A stretch of DNA of 64,000 nucleotides from Lama glama (GCA_028534125.1 CM052816.1:88972001-89036000); one strand, 5' to 3'; shown: positions 37,790-52,215, numbered from the stretch's first letter. A program made the numbers and translations. Notes: a model not told the origin generated them from the sequence alone.

Positions 37790-40700
37790 TATTCTCTGTA
37801 TTTTTCTTTAATACTTGTTTAACTAATAACATGTTTGCATTATTGTAAAATTTGATATGATTTCAAATAAATGCATATTGTGAAATCATCAGCACAATCA
37901 AGGCAGTTGATATTGTCTGGAAAAATTTCCTCTTTCCATTTAGTACTCCCTTTTTTATAGACCTATCTGCCTTTCCATCTCTTTATCTGGTATCTGGTAT
38001 TGTAGATTACATTCTATGTTCTAGAAATTTTGTAAATAGAATGATATTATATGTATTTTTTTTGTCTAGCTGTTTTCATTAAGCAGAATTATCTTAGATT
38101 TATCCATACTGGATCATGTGCCAACAGTTGAATCCTTTTCATTTCCAAGTAGTATTCCACAAATGAATATACCATGGATTTTTACTTTTGTAACCACTCA
38201 TCTGTTGAGAGACATTTCGGTTGTCTCCAGATTTTGTCCATGGCAAATGCGGTGGATATGAACACTCATACAGAGTCTTTGTGTGGAACTATACTTTATT
38301 TTCTCTTGGGTGAATGCCAAGGGGTTGAACGGCTGTATCATATGATGAATGTACATTAAACTCTTTTGTAAAGTGATTGTATGCTTTTATATTCCCACCA
38401 GCAGTGTATGAGAGTTCAAGTTTCTCCACATTCCTGTCTACCCTTGATATGATTTATCTTTTTCGTTTTAGCAATTTTAATATGGGTGAAGAAGTATCTC
38501 ATGTGGTTTTATTTTGAATTTCCCTAATGACTAATGTTGTTGAGCATATTTTTAGCTGCTTATTTACTTTCATATATCTTCTTGGTGAAATGTCTGTTTA
38601 AATGTTTTCCCAATTAGCCTGTTCCCTTATCACAGTCTGAGAGTTCTATATATATATTCCAAATACAAATTATTTGTGAGAAAAATGCTTTGCAAATAAT
38701 TCATTTCTTTACTTGTCTTTTTATTCTCTTATATTTCATGCTGATAGATAAGTAGGTAAATAGGTAGACAAAGACAGATATCTTACACATCTTTGTGTTA
38801 TCCAAAGTCACATTTTTACCTTATGGTTTATTCTGGAAGATTTAATGTAGTTCTTCTGTTTAGGTCTATGATCCACTTTAAGTTGAATTTGGTATATGGT
38901 GCAATTAATTTTTCTAGCATCATTTGTTGCAAGGACTAGCCTTTTTCTAGTAATTGTCTTGGCCCCTTTTTCAAAAATCAATTGCCCATTTATGATTGAG
39001 CTTGTTTCTAGGATCTCTATGATGTGCCATTGATTTATTTGATTGTTTTTATGCCAATACTACATTATCTTATTTCCTGTAGATTTATAATGTCTTAAAA
39101 TCAGACAATTAGTTTCTTACTTTGTTCTTCTTTATGACTGACTTGGTTACTCTAGGTTTTTTTCATTTCCATGTGAATTTAAATCTAAGTTTGTCAGTTT
39201 CAATGAAAAAGTTTACTGGGATTTCATTTGGAATTATGGTGCATCTATGGATGAATTTGTGGAGGATAGACCTTTTGAAAGTACTGCATTTTCTGACTCG
39301 AACAGAATATTTCTCTTATTTTATTTAAATGTAGTTGAATTTTCCTCATCTTTGTTTTACAATTTTTTGTTGTGCAGATATTTCATATATTTTGTCAGAT
39401 TTACCTTAAATGCTTCATGTTTTTGTTTTGTCATAAATGACAATAAGTTTGAAATTAATTTTCTGATTCTTTGTTGATAGTTTACAGATTGATTTTCTTT
39501 GATTTGATTTTATAACCTGCAATCTTACCAAACTAAGTATATTAACTTTTTATAGTTTCAATCAGATTTCCTACATGGATGATCATTTCATCTGTGAAGA
39601 ATACCTTATACTTCTTTCTTTCCATTTTGCTTGCCCTTTATTCTTTATTATTCCTTCCTTTCACTGTCAAGAACCTCCTGTACAATATTGAATTAATTGA
39701 TGAGAATAGATATCCTTGTGTATTTCCTTTTCTTGGGGAGAAGGAAAACACGTGTCTTTCAGCATTAAACATGATGTTGGTTGTTCATATTTTGTAGATG
39801 TCCTTTGTCAGTTTCATGAAGGTTCCTTCTATTCCTAATTTCCAGAGATTTATCGTTGGGAATTAATGAGCATTAGATTTTGCCAAAGCCTTTTAAAAAA
39901 TTGAGATAGATTTTTATGTTATATAAAGTGTGTCATTTCAATTGATTTTCCATGTCAAACTTGAATTCCCAGATTAAACTCCCTTGGCCACAATGTATTA
40001 TTCTTTTGTTTGTTTGATTTGCTAATTTTTTTGGATCTTTTGTACCAATGATGTAATGTCTGTGCCTGTTTTTTTGTTTCAAGGTAATTCTGGACTCACA
40101 GAATGAAAGGGATTTCAGTCTTTCTTTTTCAATATCATGGAAGAGTTTGTGTGAAATTTCTTTGACTTCATTTTCAAATACTTGGAAGAATTTACTAGAG
40201 AAACTATCTGGGTCTAGACTTCCTTTTAGCACTTTAAAATACTAATTAAATACCTTTAATAGATGTTAGGCTATTAATTTTCCAATTTTGTTTTCTTGAG
40301 TGAGTTTTGGTAGTTTGTGTCTTTCATGCAATTTGTCCATTTAATCCAGGTTGTCAAATTCACTGGCATAAAATTATTTGTAATATAACTTAATTATCCT
40401 TTTAAAAAATTAATGATGGCAACTCTCTTATTCATGGTTTTGGTCAAGTATGACTTGTCTCTCTTTCTCCTTATCAGTATAATTGTATATTTGAAGAAAA
40501 TGTTTCTTTTGCCTTAACTTTGAAAAAAAAAAAACTTGCAAGGTATAGAAATCTCAGTTGAGTTTTTTTTTAACCTTCATTAATTTAAAGAAATTGTTCT
40601 TCTGTCTTATAATTGAAAAAGTTTCTGACAAGAAATCTGTTGTCATGCTTGTCTTTGTCCCTCTGTACCTAATATGTCTACATTATTTAACTGTTTCTAA

Positions 40701-42060
40701 TATGTTCTCTTGGTCATATGTATCCTGCAGTTTGATCATATAGGTCTACCAGGCTTATCCTGTATATCTCCTCCCTGAAGTGCAATGCAGACTGGAAACT
40801 CTCCCAAGTTGTACTTTTCTTCATGTTTCTCATACTTGATATATGTTAATAGTCTTCGTCTGTGGTTTCCTGATGTTCACCAAATTTGAAACATTCTACC
40901 TTTTCTTTTTTTTTTTTTCTTTTCAATTTTTTAAATCTCTGCTCCGTCTCTTATTCCTTGGGAACAACCATTGCATGTAATACTGTTTAGTTTTACAATG
41001 CCTCTTTTTATAAAAGAAAATTATTTTCTTTCTGTGTTTCATTTAGGTTAGTTCTTATTCCTGTATTCTAAAGTTTACAAATCTTTTCTTCTGTAAGATC
41101 TGTTCTGCCCATAATTCCATCCAATATATTTTAACCTCCCATGTTGAAGTTCTCATCTCTGGACAGGCAATGTGGGTCTTTTTCTAATTTCCATGATTCT
41201 ACTTTATTTTTCTAACATATGGAACTTTGGTTATACTTTATTTCATTTGTTTTAACATCTTTTCTGACAATTATAATACTTGTAAGAGTTATGAGTCAGT
41301 TTATGTATGTTGTATTTTCCTGACTATGACATTCCTGGTTTAATCTTTGATTAAATTCCAGGGGTTAGAAATTTTACTTTTTGGGGTGTTTGATATATTT
41401 GTTTTCCTATAAAAGTTCTTGAGCTTTTTGTGTAATGCAGTTAAATTACATGGAAACTGCTTATTTTTGTCTTACTTTCAAGATTTTTTATGGGCCAATA
41501 GCAGCATTTAGTTATTTTTCTACACTCCTGAAACATCTTCTAAGTTCAGGTCTCAGGGCCCTTGAATCATGAAGATATCCACTCTGGCTGGAAAGGAGAG
41601 GCACTATGCGTGGCCCTGTGTGAATATTGTTAACCTTCACTTCTAAACCTGACTGCTGCTTCTGCCCCTGTGCACTGATAGTTTCCTTACCTGCATGTGC
41701 TCATGAATACTCAACTAATTTCCCCAGGAGTATCTGCTGCAGATTTCTGGGATTCTGTTTTTTGTGTAGCTCTCTCCTTGCCAGGACTCTGGTTCATAAT
41801 CTCTAGCCATTTTATTCTCTCTGATTCTTTAATTCTGTCTTTTCTCATTCAGGAGATCTGCTGGGCTTCTCTTGTATTTCCTCTCCTTGAACAATTTCTT
41901 GGAAATTCTTTCCAGAAAATTTTTTGTACTTACCTTATTTATTTCCAGTATTTTAGGGATTGCTGTTGTTCATTGGTGATGTCTAGTGTTTTGAAACTAT
42001 TGTTTCATAAGTTATCTCAAGGTGGTAAGAAAATTTAGTCCCTATTTCTCCATTTTTTCC
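37790..42060 (-). mobile_element. Old L1M (L1MC/MD-like), heavily deleted: 3'UTR, ORF2 remnants, ORF1 and 5' remnants
   Basis: ORF 39933-40232 (DPDSFSSKFFQVFENEVKEISHKLFHDIEKE...ESRITLK...KLANQ...KRIIH) aligns by eye to L1 ORF2 GPDGFTAEFYQTFKEEL...ILANRIQQHIKKIIH. Also contains cccaccagcagtgtatgagagtt and tccctaatgactaatg. Confidence 0.85.
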
Positions 42061-42719
42061 TGGATTCCAGTTTAAGAAAATAAATATTCAAAAATTGATG
42101 TTTTTGGAAATTTCAAAATGGTTTTCAATTTATTAGAGGTATAGAGAAAATAATGTCAAAATTTAATAAATATTATAAAATATAGATGTTGGAAGACAGA
42201 GTTAATTTCTATTCTGGTTGCTAGTTTAACTCAAAGCCCATTTTATATTGAGTTTATAATGTAACTAGAGATTTATATATAGAGAACATGATTTCACTCA
42301 AGAATTTGATGATTCAGTCATGATCTTGCATCCTGAATTCTTTGATTTTACCCTATGGCTTAGATTTTGCCAGTCTTGGGTTCACTATTTTCTCTTACTT
42401 TTTTTGTTTATTTTTTTCTTCTTCTTTTTTTTCTTTTTTGTTCTTTAATAATCTTGAGTTCAAAGAATCATTTAAGGAAAATTTGTTATTAAACGTAGCT
42501 GACATGGGAACTCATGATTAAGAACACGAAGGAAATTACTCAGAATTTATCATTTAGAGACAAAATGATGGGTAGTGTGAAAAAAATGGTTAAGAAAAAT
42601 GGAGAATCAGGTGAATAGGTATAGACTGGAATTAATAGGAGTGCTGGAGGAGATATTAGAGAGAATGTGACAGAAGAACTATTCAAAGAGAAAATGGATG
42701 AGGATTTAGCATGGATATC

Positions 42720-43160
42720 AATGCGTGCTTGGATGGTCCTGCTTACCTGAGCCTGCATCACCTCATTTAAGCTAGGTTCATTCATGCATCTGTGGTCAGC
42801 CAATGGGTTAGCTGGGGGCTGGCTGGTATAGAATTGCCTCAGCTAAGACTCATTTCTTCTAGATATTTTCTCTTATTCCCTTGAAGGATGACAGGCTTGT
42901 TCTCATGGTGGATGCATTTGAGACAGACAGACAGAGATGGACAGGTAGACAGACACTGAAGTGTTCAAAGACTTTTGAAGCCTAGGTCATACCTGGAATG
43001 ACATCACTTCCACCACATTCCCTGAACCAGAGACTCTATGAGAGATTTAAGAGGTAGAGAAATCGACTCCACGTTTTGATAAACACTGCAAAATTTCACT
43101 GTGAGTTTAAGGATTCAAATGGGAGTGAGAAATATATTAACTTTTCCAATCTATCTACCA
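42720..43160 (-). mobile_element. MaLR LTR (MLT1G/H-like)
   Basis: attcatgcatctgtggtcagc...gggctggctggt...ggcttgttctcatggtgg...catcacttccaccacattc...atctacca. Confidence 0.75.
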
Positions 43161-43774
43161 CTAGTCATTTTCCGAATAGAAAAAAAAGAAATTAAAAACT
43201 TGATGATACCAAGATTATATAAGAAAAATCAAGCTTGAAAAGAAAAAAAATGAAAACAAATATTCATAAATATATTTTGTAAAACTATACCAAAAACCAA
43301 ACAAAAAATAAATTCTTAAAAGCAATCAGAAAATAAAGGTCTTATGTATGATGAATGACAAATTTCTCACCAGAAAAAAGAGAAAACAAGATAATAGATT
43401 GTTTACAGTGTGAATGGGCAATATATGTCAGCATAGCATTTTCACCTAGCTAACCTAGATTTAAAGAGAAATAAATAAAATTTCAAACAAAGACAGAATT
43501 TTGCTGTGATATACTTACTAAAAAAAATTGAAAGCTTAAAATAGAACAAAATTAGTGCAAGATAAATGATCCATTTAGCAAATTTGTGAATGAGGATGGA
43601 TTGTAAAATTTGAATACATAAAAATATATTTCACTAATATATAGTAAATTTATATATATATATATAAGTATATATATACGCACACACACAGTCTAACAGA
43701 ATACAAATACGTACACACAATTGAGGAAACTAGACAGAACTAAAATATTATATAATAATGATATGAAGGACTAG

Positions 43775-44149
43775 TGTCTGTCAGTTTGGGTTCTCATAAC
43801 AAAACACCATGGATTTATTGGCTTGAAACAACAGAAACTTATTTTCTTGCAGTTCTGGAGGCTAGAAATCCAAGTTCAAGGTGTTAGTGTGGTTGGTTTC
43901 TGGTAGAGACTGTCTTCCTGGTTTTTAGATGGTTGCCTCCTTTCTGATTCCTCCCAAAGTAGGAAGAAATAGAGAGAGCATGCTCTTGTGTCCCTTCCTG
44001 TAAGGCACTAATCTCACTATGAAGGCTCTCCCTTCATGACCTAATCTCACCCTAACCACCTCCCAAGGACTCTGTCTTCAAATAGTATCACTTTGGGGGT
44101 CAGGGCTTCTCCACATGAATTTTCGGTGAACACAGTTCAGTACACAGCC
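43775..44149 (-). mobile_element. MaLR LTR (MLT1A-like)
   Basis: aaacaacagaaacttattttcttgcagttctggaggctagaaatccaag...ttcatgacctaatc...cctcccaagg. Approximate TSD actag/attag. Confidence 0.9.
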
Positions 44150-44623
44150 ATTAGTAAGGATGATTCAGGGTAAATGTGCTAAGTTTCTTAGAGATGATAG
44201 AGATGTTGATTAGCTTCAGGATTTTTAAAGTCAAGTTGATTATTCTGATTTTAATTTGTTTTATTTGTGCTTGTCATTTACAAAATATATATTTATTTCT
44301 GTTGAATAATTAGGTTGTTTATTTGATTACCTGTAAAAATAAGCCTTTCTTAAATGAAAATACAGCACTTTTTATCAAAGTCAAAATTATAAATATAAAA
44401 ATCTGATATTCCCTAAAGTCTATTTTCCTCAGAGTAAATCCTTTAACTATGTAGCTGAAGACCCCTTTTCAACTATTTCATAAATAAAGTAAAACATTTC
44501 AAAATATAGACTTTAATTTTGCTCTTTTTCTCTTAAAAATATTCTTTATGTTTCTGAAAAATGTATCATGTGGCTTTTGTATTTGTCTCAATATAGCTTA
44601 TATAATCAGATTAAAGCAAGTTA

Positions 44624-44848
44624 CAGTTGACACTTGAACACCACAGGTTTGAACTCCAGGGGCCCATGTATATGCAGATTTTTTTTCCATGATAACTACA
44701 GTGTTACAGTACTAAATGATCCACAGTTAGTTGAATCTGTGGATGTGAAACCATGCATTCAGAGGGCGGGAATATAGAGTTATAAGCAGATTTTCCACTG
44801 TTTGGAGGGTCAGTGCCCCTAACCCCTGCATTGTTCAAGAGTCAACTG
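44624..44848. mobile_element. Tigger2/MER8-like MITE (TcMar)
   Basis: TIRs CAGTTGACACTTGAACA and TGTTCAAGAGTCAACTG. TA on the left flank, TG on the right. Confidence 0.9.
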
Positions 44849-47800
44849 TGCATTCTATTTGGCATGGTGAATGTTATAAAGGGAAAAAATAGACTCTTGA
44901 TGGTAAAACAGCAATGGGTCCAGAATTGTTGAAATTACTCAAAGCATAGGCAACATCAAAATAATTTTTGTGCTCATTTTATTCTAACAAAAAATAACTT
45001 TAATGACATTTTGACTAAACCAAATGACTGTAATTTAAAGTTAATTAGACACTGATTTGTTGCCTTTTTTTAATGTACCATAGATACTTTTGTAACATAG
45101 TTACGTTTATTTCAAATATGTAGGTTTAACTTAAACTTTATTCAAGAACCCATTGCCTGAGGATTGAAGTTAATAAAGTAATGAACTATATAGATCATTT
45201 ATGACAGTAAGAAAAGTCATCAAATTTAATCCTCAAATTGCCTTCTTCTCCTAGTCCTGGTCTGTGTGCAAAGGGCACCAAAAGTGCCTTCTTTTTTAAA
45301 AAGAAAAAAAAAAAAAAGAAATGAGAGATGAAGACCCTTCCGTATATTCTAATTTAGTCATTGTAGACTTGCTTTGTTTGTTTTGCTGTTAAGTCTTAGG
45401 GACAGCAAACTTCTTCTGTTTTTGTTTGGCAAAATAAACTTTTAGAAAGGCTTAAATATTTATTGTTATAAATATAACATTATTATTTTACCCTTTACAT
45501 TCTAGCACTCCTTCATTTTTAAAAACAGAAATCTATTGATATGGCTTAAAAAATTACTGATATGACTATAATTTTAATTTTATAACAGTCATAAATAAAT
45601 TATGATACTGAAAAATGTTTATTGATTTAATTTGAAATAAATAAACAAGAATATTTTTATTTATTCTCAATAAGCATTATCTGGAATCAAAGCAACTCTT
45701 TCTGCTATCATGCAGCATTTTAATCTTTGCAGATTATATAATGTCTCTAGGCCTTATTTCAAAATTCGTAATTTGATGGGATTATCAAGTGATTTCTAAG
45801 GTGACGTGAACCTACTATTTTGCCCCTAATGAATTTCAATCATTCAGTTACTACCAGGGGAGATTAATACCCCTTAAGTTCAATTTTGATTTTTTTTCAT
45901 TATTTAGTTGTAAAGTTCATCATTTGTTATACACTTTTGATTTTAAGTTTTGCGTATAGGTGAGATTTTGTACATAAAAGAGCTTTCAGCAAGTGACTGC
46001 AGTAGCCATGGAGGAATACAACTCACTACAAGTCTACCAATGTCAAGAACCCACCTTGACCACAAACCCAGGTCCTTTGTTGGGTCCTGTGCTGTGGATC
46101 TCTTGCTTAGTGCATTGATCAATCATTTCACATGACTGACAGTGTTTTAACATACTTTTTCCACTTCCTTTTTCCTTTTCTGGGTACATCTTTATCACAT
46201 TTGTAACATCAAGATAACTTCTCAACAAAGCTCTCAGCTGCTAAGACTAATTATTTTTCTCTATTTAATAAGAGAAACAAGATGAATTTGGAAAACCTTT
46301 GCTTTGCTAGATTCCAGGTCAATGTGTATAATTGAAAATAAGGTAAACAATTCCCAGAATACTTGGAATGATCAGGAACAAGTAGAACATGGTTAACACA
46401 TGATCTCACAAATGGAACAATAATAATAGTCCATATATATATATATATATACGGTGAAGGCATAAATACAACATAGGGGCATACCAAGGGAGATCTAGTA
46501 ATAACTAAGTGGATTACTGGACTTAGTATAATAGTCATGAGCCACCAAAGGAAAATAGAGCTTATTTTTGTTTGTAATCAATTAGATGGTTTAGACAATC
46601 ATAAATTACTATATTAGGAATTCCAGCATCTCTAGTCACTGAAGTAGAGATATCAAATCATTTTGGAGTTGGGTGTTAAAAGAATAGGGAGCATTCGATT
46701 TTGAGAATATAGTTTAAATTACCAGTATTTGATAGGTACAGAGTCATCAATTCTATTTCTCTTCTTCAACACCTTAGTGGATGGTGCAGATCCTCATTTC
46801 AGATGCCCTGATTCCTAGAGTAGCTGATCTGTCAATGTCCCACATTGATCCACAAAGAACTTTCTATGATACACATACTTTTATTAGAAGAGAAGTGAAC
46901 AGAAAGTATTATTTCTAATGAATGGAACATCATACCACCTGGATCATAAAGAAATTTAGTGCCTAATAAATTTAGAAAAACTCACCAGTTCTATCCCATA
47001 TTCCTAAAATATACTAGAGGTATGACTGATATACTAAAGAAAAAAAAAATGCTAGTAACTGCAGCGTCTGGAAACTAACCAAACTGTGTCCTTATTTGGG
47101 GCTAAGTACTGCAAATAATATACGTTAATGTGCTAGATTCTACAGAAAACAAATAATGGAAGTAACACTATAATCATATTATTAATTTACAATATTTTTC
47201 TCAAAACAGAATCTGGGACACTATGTGAGAAAAAAACAAAATTTATACCAACTGGGCCACTTGTCCAGAAACACAGCCACATGAAAATATACAAAACTAT
47301 GAGAGAAAAGTAAATATTGCCCAAAGTAAAAATGGTTGGAGAGAAAATAAGTAAAGGCAAAATTTTTTACTGAATTAAGTATGAAAATGCTGTAATTGTA
47401 ACTGTTGGTAAATAAGTTTTGTGTATTATTGATAGGAAATGAGATATTGTTACTGAAAAGAAAAATAACTATTTTAATGATAAAGAATAATTCCAAAAAA
47501 ATTAGTGACCAAAAATTAAGTGGCCAACACACAGGTTTTTTTAATGGTACTGAAAAGTATCAAAATGGAGCAAACTTCCTGCTCTTGCCTTCCTGCTCTT
47601 GCCTTCTAGCTGAAATAACCCCTGGTCTTAAATGGAAGAGCCTGAGAAGCAGATCTTTTCAATGTTCTAGTCATAATCAGCACATGTCTTTAGTTAGGGC
47701 TTTGGGGCTTAGTGATGATTGAGAATATTCAATGAGACAGAACAATAAATTGACTGCATGAAGTTTTCGTGAAGTTCACGATGCAATCATAAGAACCTGT

Positions 47801-48299
47801 TTGTCTTACTATTCTGCAAATAATGGGTGATTCTATATATTCTCATCTTTTTAATCAATACTGTGATTTTATATGATTATACATAAAATTGGAGCTTCAA
47901 GGTCTTGACAGCATTTTTAATATGTCCTAGGTTTATTCTCAACCATTTTCCCATTGACATTCTCATAAGGCAGGAAGAAAGGAAGAAAGCAAGCAAGCAA
48001 GCAGGCTGGCAGGCAGGCTAGCCTCTGTATTTGGGAAAAGAAAGATGCTAATCAACTAATAGATAATTTATCAGTCTAGGCTTGGAACCCTGCGTAAATA
48101 TGAATTGACTTTATTTAAGCTACCATAAGTACCTGTCTTACATGGGAGATTGTAATGATATAGCTAATGAGACAGACTGGTGTCCATTGCACTACTGTGA
48201 AAAGAGGATTTTGAAAGCAGCCAGAGCCATTAAGCTCACATTGGCTACACAGTACTTCTATTTTGAAAACAAAAATTTCTAGCCAAAAGAAATATTCTG

Positions 48300-49050
48300 A
48301 GAGAAGGAGATAGGTGGTGTGACATGTGACATGGTGAAAGCAGGAGACAGGGTTAGCTAAAAGATGAATTCAAGAAATCAACAAGAAATGACCAAAAGGT
48401 AGAAGGAAAACCAAGCAAAACACATATTTTGATAGTGAAGCCAAAGACATTATTTCCAATAAGAAAATTAGGTCACTAGGAGGATTAGAGAGAGTGAGAC
48501 CATGATGATTGCTTATGTCTAGCCAGTGATTTGAAAATAATTGTTTAAAGCTCTTAGAGGAGATTAATGAAGAGAGTGTGTTTACATGTGTATATGAAAA
48601 GTGTGGTGATCAGGAGATTGGCTAAGAGTTGATGCATCAGAGAATATTAAAGAGGAGTGGCTCAGGGTGGGAGAAGATATAGAGACATCAAGTTTTAAAG
48701 TGCCAGGTTGATAAAGTAGGTAGTAAATTTATATAGATCAGTTTCATTGGGTTCTGAGGGCAGGAGCCAGAGCAGTAAAACAGTAAATGTGGAGTTAGAG
48801 TTACATATATAAAAGTGAAATACTCTGAGAATGTAAGATGAGATAGTTGGTGGTGGCTAGAGGGTGCAGAGAAAAAAAAAAGATTTCTTCTATGTGTTTA
48901 TTATTATTTTTTTAAAATGAAGAGTCTCGGGCTCCAGAGGAACCATCAAACTGTTGGTGATGAGGAAATTTGAATATTCAGAAGAGAGAGAATGTAAATG
49001 ATTCTAGAAGATAGTAAATAATGGGCACCAGAGCATCTCAGGAGGAAATG
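48300..49050 (-). mobile_element. L2 fragments
   Basis: aggtagaaggaaaaccaag...gaagccaaag and gcaggagccagagcag are L2 body motifs. Confidence 0.45.
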
Positions 49051-50514
49051 GTGGCATTTACATCTTCTAAGGAGGTTTCAGGGGAAAAATAAAATCAACA
49101 TGATTGTACTATATTGGAAATATTTGTACTACCTCTTCATACTGTGTATTCACAAAAAAAAAATCACAAACTAAGTTTTGAGACATCATATATTTTCATA
49201 TGGCATTATTTATACTGTGTTTTCTTAATTTGGTACATGAATAACTTATCTCTCTGCTAATATTGTATGTTTATGGGGGAATCATTCCAGAATGAATTAA
49301 TAATTCTGTATTCTCCAAAGCATAACAGTACATTTACATATTAGATGTTTTGTAGGTATTTTCTAGATTAATTTAGTATCAATAATAAACATGCATATTT
49401 GCTTGGAAAATTTAACTTTCTTTGCATTGAGTATGGAAATTAAATGATTGATTTAAAAAATAAAAATACAGAGATTCACTATATTGGTTTCTTATTGAAA
49501 TAACTGCCTTAGGACTAACACCTAACTTAGTCTAAATTATGTAATGTTTCTAGCTTTTCATTTCCATCTGTGGAAGTAAAATCTACTAACAAATTTTATA
49601 ACTGATGAAAAATTTAAAATATAGGTAGGGATACATATTCACAGCAATCATTTTCTAATAATTAAACTTGCTAGATATAATTCAGCATGTACTCACTATA
49701 TTCTGAAAGGAAAAATTGTTTAACCAACTCCATTACTATTGTTTTGTAAAACTCATATCTAAAATCTGCTTTCTCTACTGAAATTACCATAGTAATTTAG
49801 ATATATTCAGTAGCTTGAGCATATTTTAGATTATGGTAGTAAATAATTTTCCCACTTTATAACAACTTATGATTTGTTATAGTTATGAAGCTATAAATAA
49901 TTATATGTCTGCTATTTATTTCTTCATTTACTAGAGAATCTAATTTAAGCAATAAGGAAAGATCTGATATTTTTAAGTAGTTATTTTAGAGCTTTATTTT
50001 TTTTGTTTTTAAACTGAGAATTTTCTTTAAAATGGTTATTTTGCTGTTGAAAAGTCTTTCACCAACTCTATCAAGGACTAAATGTTCTGATCGCAGTGTA
50101 TCGTTGACATAAGTCATATCAATATAGAAGTGATTCATGTGAACAATCACTGTATTAGTGAAGTTAACATATTGTTTTTTTGCTTTTAATTATAGTAATC
50201 ACTCAAGGTAACTATGCAGCTGAAACTTTGATTGTCAAATATAATTTGGTTCTTATTCATGACTGACAGCTAATTCCAATTGCTGTTTTATACACTTTCA
50301 CTTAAAATAGTTCATTTAATTGTGTGAATGTATCTAAAAATATTCTTTTAAGGATCAGATCTTTGCTTTCCAAAGGCCAGTGTGTTTGCGTGTATGTATA
50401 AGTGGATCTCACTTTTTCTTTATTTTTACTTGCCTTTTTAAAGAGAAATTTCAGAAACAAATATTATTTTGCTATTATTTAAATGCGATAAAATAGCATT
50501 TGCATAATACTGTT

Positions 50515-51043
50515 TTGTTGTTAGTGTACAGAAATGCAACTGACTTCTGTATATTAATTTTGTGTCCTGCAACTTTACCAAATTCACTGATGAGCTTTAG
50601 TAGTTTTCTGGTTACATCTTTAAGATCTTCTGTTTATAGTATCATGTCGTCTGCAAATAGTGACAGTTTTACTTCTTTTCCACTTTGGATTTGTTTTATT
50701 TCTTTTTCTTCCCTGATTGCTGTGGCTAGGACTTCCAAAATTATGTTGAATAAAAGTGGTAAGAGAGGGCGTCCTTGTCTTGTTTATGACCTCAGCAGAA
50801 ATGCTTTCAGCTTTTCACCTTTAGTGTGATGTGAGTTGTGGTTTTGTCATATATGGCCTTTATTATGTTGAGGTATGTTCTCTCCATGCCCACTTTCTGG
50901 AGAGTTTTTATCTTAAATGGATGGTAAATTTTATCAAAAGCTTTTTCTTCATCTATTGAGATGATCATATGTTTTTTATTCTTCATTTTGTTAATGTGGT
51001 GTATGATGTTGATTCATTTGCAGATGTTAAAAAATCCTTGCAT
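50515..51043 (-). mobile_element. L1 ORF2 reverse-transcriptase core fragment (pseudogenic)
   Basis: Minus-strand translation gives [15 protein letters not shown]...[19 protein letters not shown]...LSLFADD(MI)...[15 protein letters not shown]. The FADD motif is at about 50646-50657. Confidence 0.95.
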
Positions 51044-51749
51044 ACAATGCCTTTATTTTTCTCCCATCACTTCCTGCAAACGTATTCTGTCCTTTTATTG
51101 ACTCTCCCTCAAATAGGACCATGGATAGATCTCTTTAGACTTGCATTCATTTTCAATTAGATTATTTCTCTATGGGAATAAAACTTACTTTTAGGTCTGT
51201 CCAAGTCCACTCCACTCCACTCCAGTGTAAAACTTTTCATTTTACATCTAATTTCCATTTCACAGACACTCTTGCCCTGTTGAGCAAATTTCTTTCAAGG
51301 TGGTTTAGGCCATGCCATCTTCTGTAGGCATCCATTTTGCTCATAGGAATGTCACTCATTCTTTGCACGCCAGATGCATGCTCTCCTATACCACTGATTC
51401 TTTGCCTTTGACATCACAGGTAATTCCAATGAACCCCTATTTCCTTCATAGTTCTCCTAGAGAAGCAAGCACTCAACTCCAAGTTTCTATCTGCTCATCA
51501 TTCTTTATGGAAAAAAGCATGCCAAACCCTCTCCAACGTCTTATGCTCTCAACTATGAGCTTCTGTAGTGAACCTATGAATTTCTCCGGCTCAGCAAGTA
51601 TTCAGTGTGTGTGTGTTTGAGGTAGAGTGTTGTGGTGGGGTTGGCTGTAGTGGGGATATTGACAGGCTATTGCTGATATTATGTAATCTTATCTCTTTCA
51701 TCTACTGTTTTCCTGACACAAAAAGGACTTTGGTCACCTATGTATCTAC

Positions 51750-52170
51750 TGACTTAACAAATATTTATTAAGTCTACTGTATTCCAGACATTTTCCCTAG
51801 GCAGGGGAATACAGCAATGAACAAAACAAAGTCAATATTGCTCTCCATCAGTGGAGACTGTCCTCTAGATGTGAATAACAATGTATCAGAGGGGTGATAA
51901 AAGTTGTGAAGGAAAAATAGGGTAAAAAGGCAGACAGTGAATTATTGGGCATATTGTTATAGTACTTTCAGGGATTATTTCACTGAGGGTGGCCTTTGAA
52001 CAATGACCTGAAGAAAGTGATGGAAGGAGCTATTCCAATAGAAAAGTATTTCTTCTGAGCATAGAGAGGATTTCTTTTTACAAAGGCTGTACTTTTCATG
52101 TTTAAGTAGCTAGAAGGACATTATGAGGCTGAAGACAGGGAGCAAGGAGGAAAATAAGAGGGAATACAAT
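51750..52170 (-). mobile_element. L2 3' portion
   Basis: aacaaatatttattaagtctactgtattccagac...ggggaatacagcaatgaacaaaacaaagtc. Confidence 0.8.
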
Positions 52171-52178
52171 CAAAAGGA

Positions 52179-52179
<1 letters not shown>

Positions 52180-52212
<33 letters not shown>
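52180..52212. repeat. (TA)n microsatellite
   Basis: Read directly. Confidence 0.95.

Positions 52213-52215
<3 letters not shown>

Larger units (their letters stand above)
42470..44250 (+). mobile_element. Ancient L1/HAL1 ORF1-region remnant split by two MLT insertions
   Basis: ttaataggagt...tattcaaagagaaaatggatgaggattt resumes after the MLT as ttttccgaatag. Also tcttaaaagcaatcagaaaa...atttctcaccagaaa. Confidence 0.5.

Noticed and set aside
47575..47606. 14-bp tandem duplication CTTCCTGCTCTTGC
   Set aside because: Ordinary local slippage with only two copies; not an array.
50500..50829. 109-aa + strand ORF
   Set aside because: Antisense frame of the L1 ORF2 fragment.
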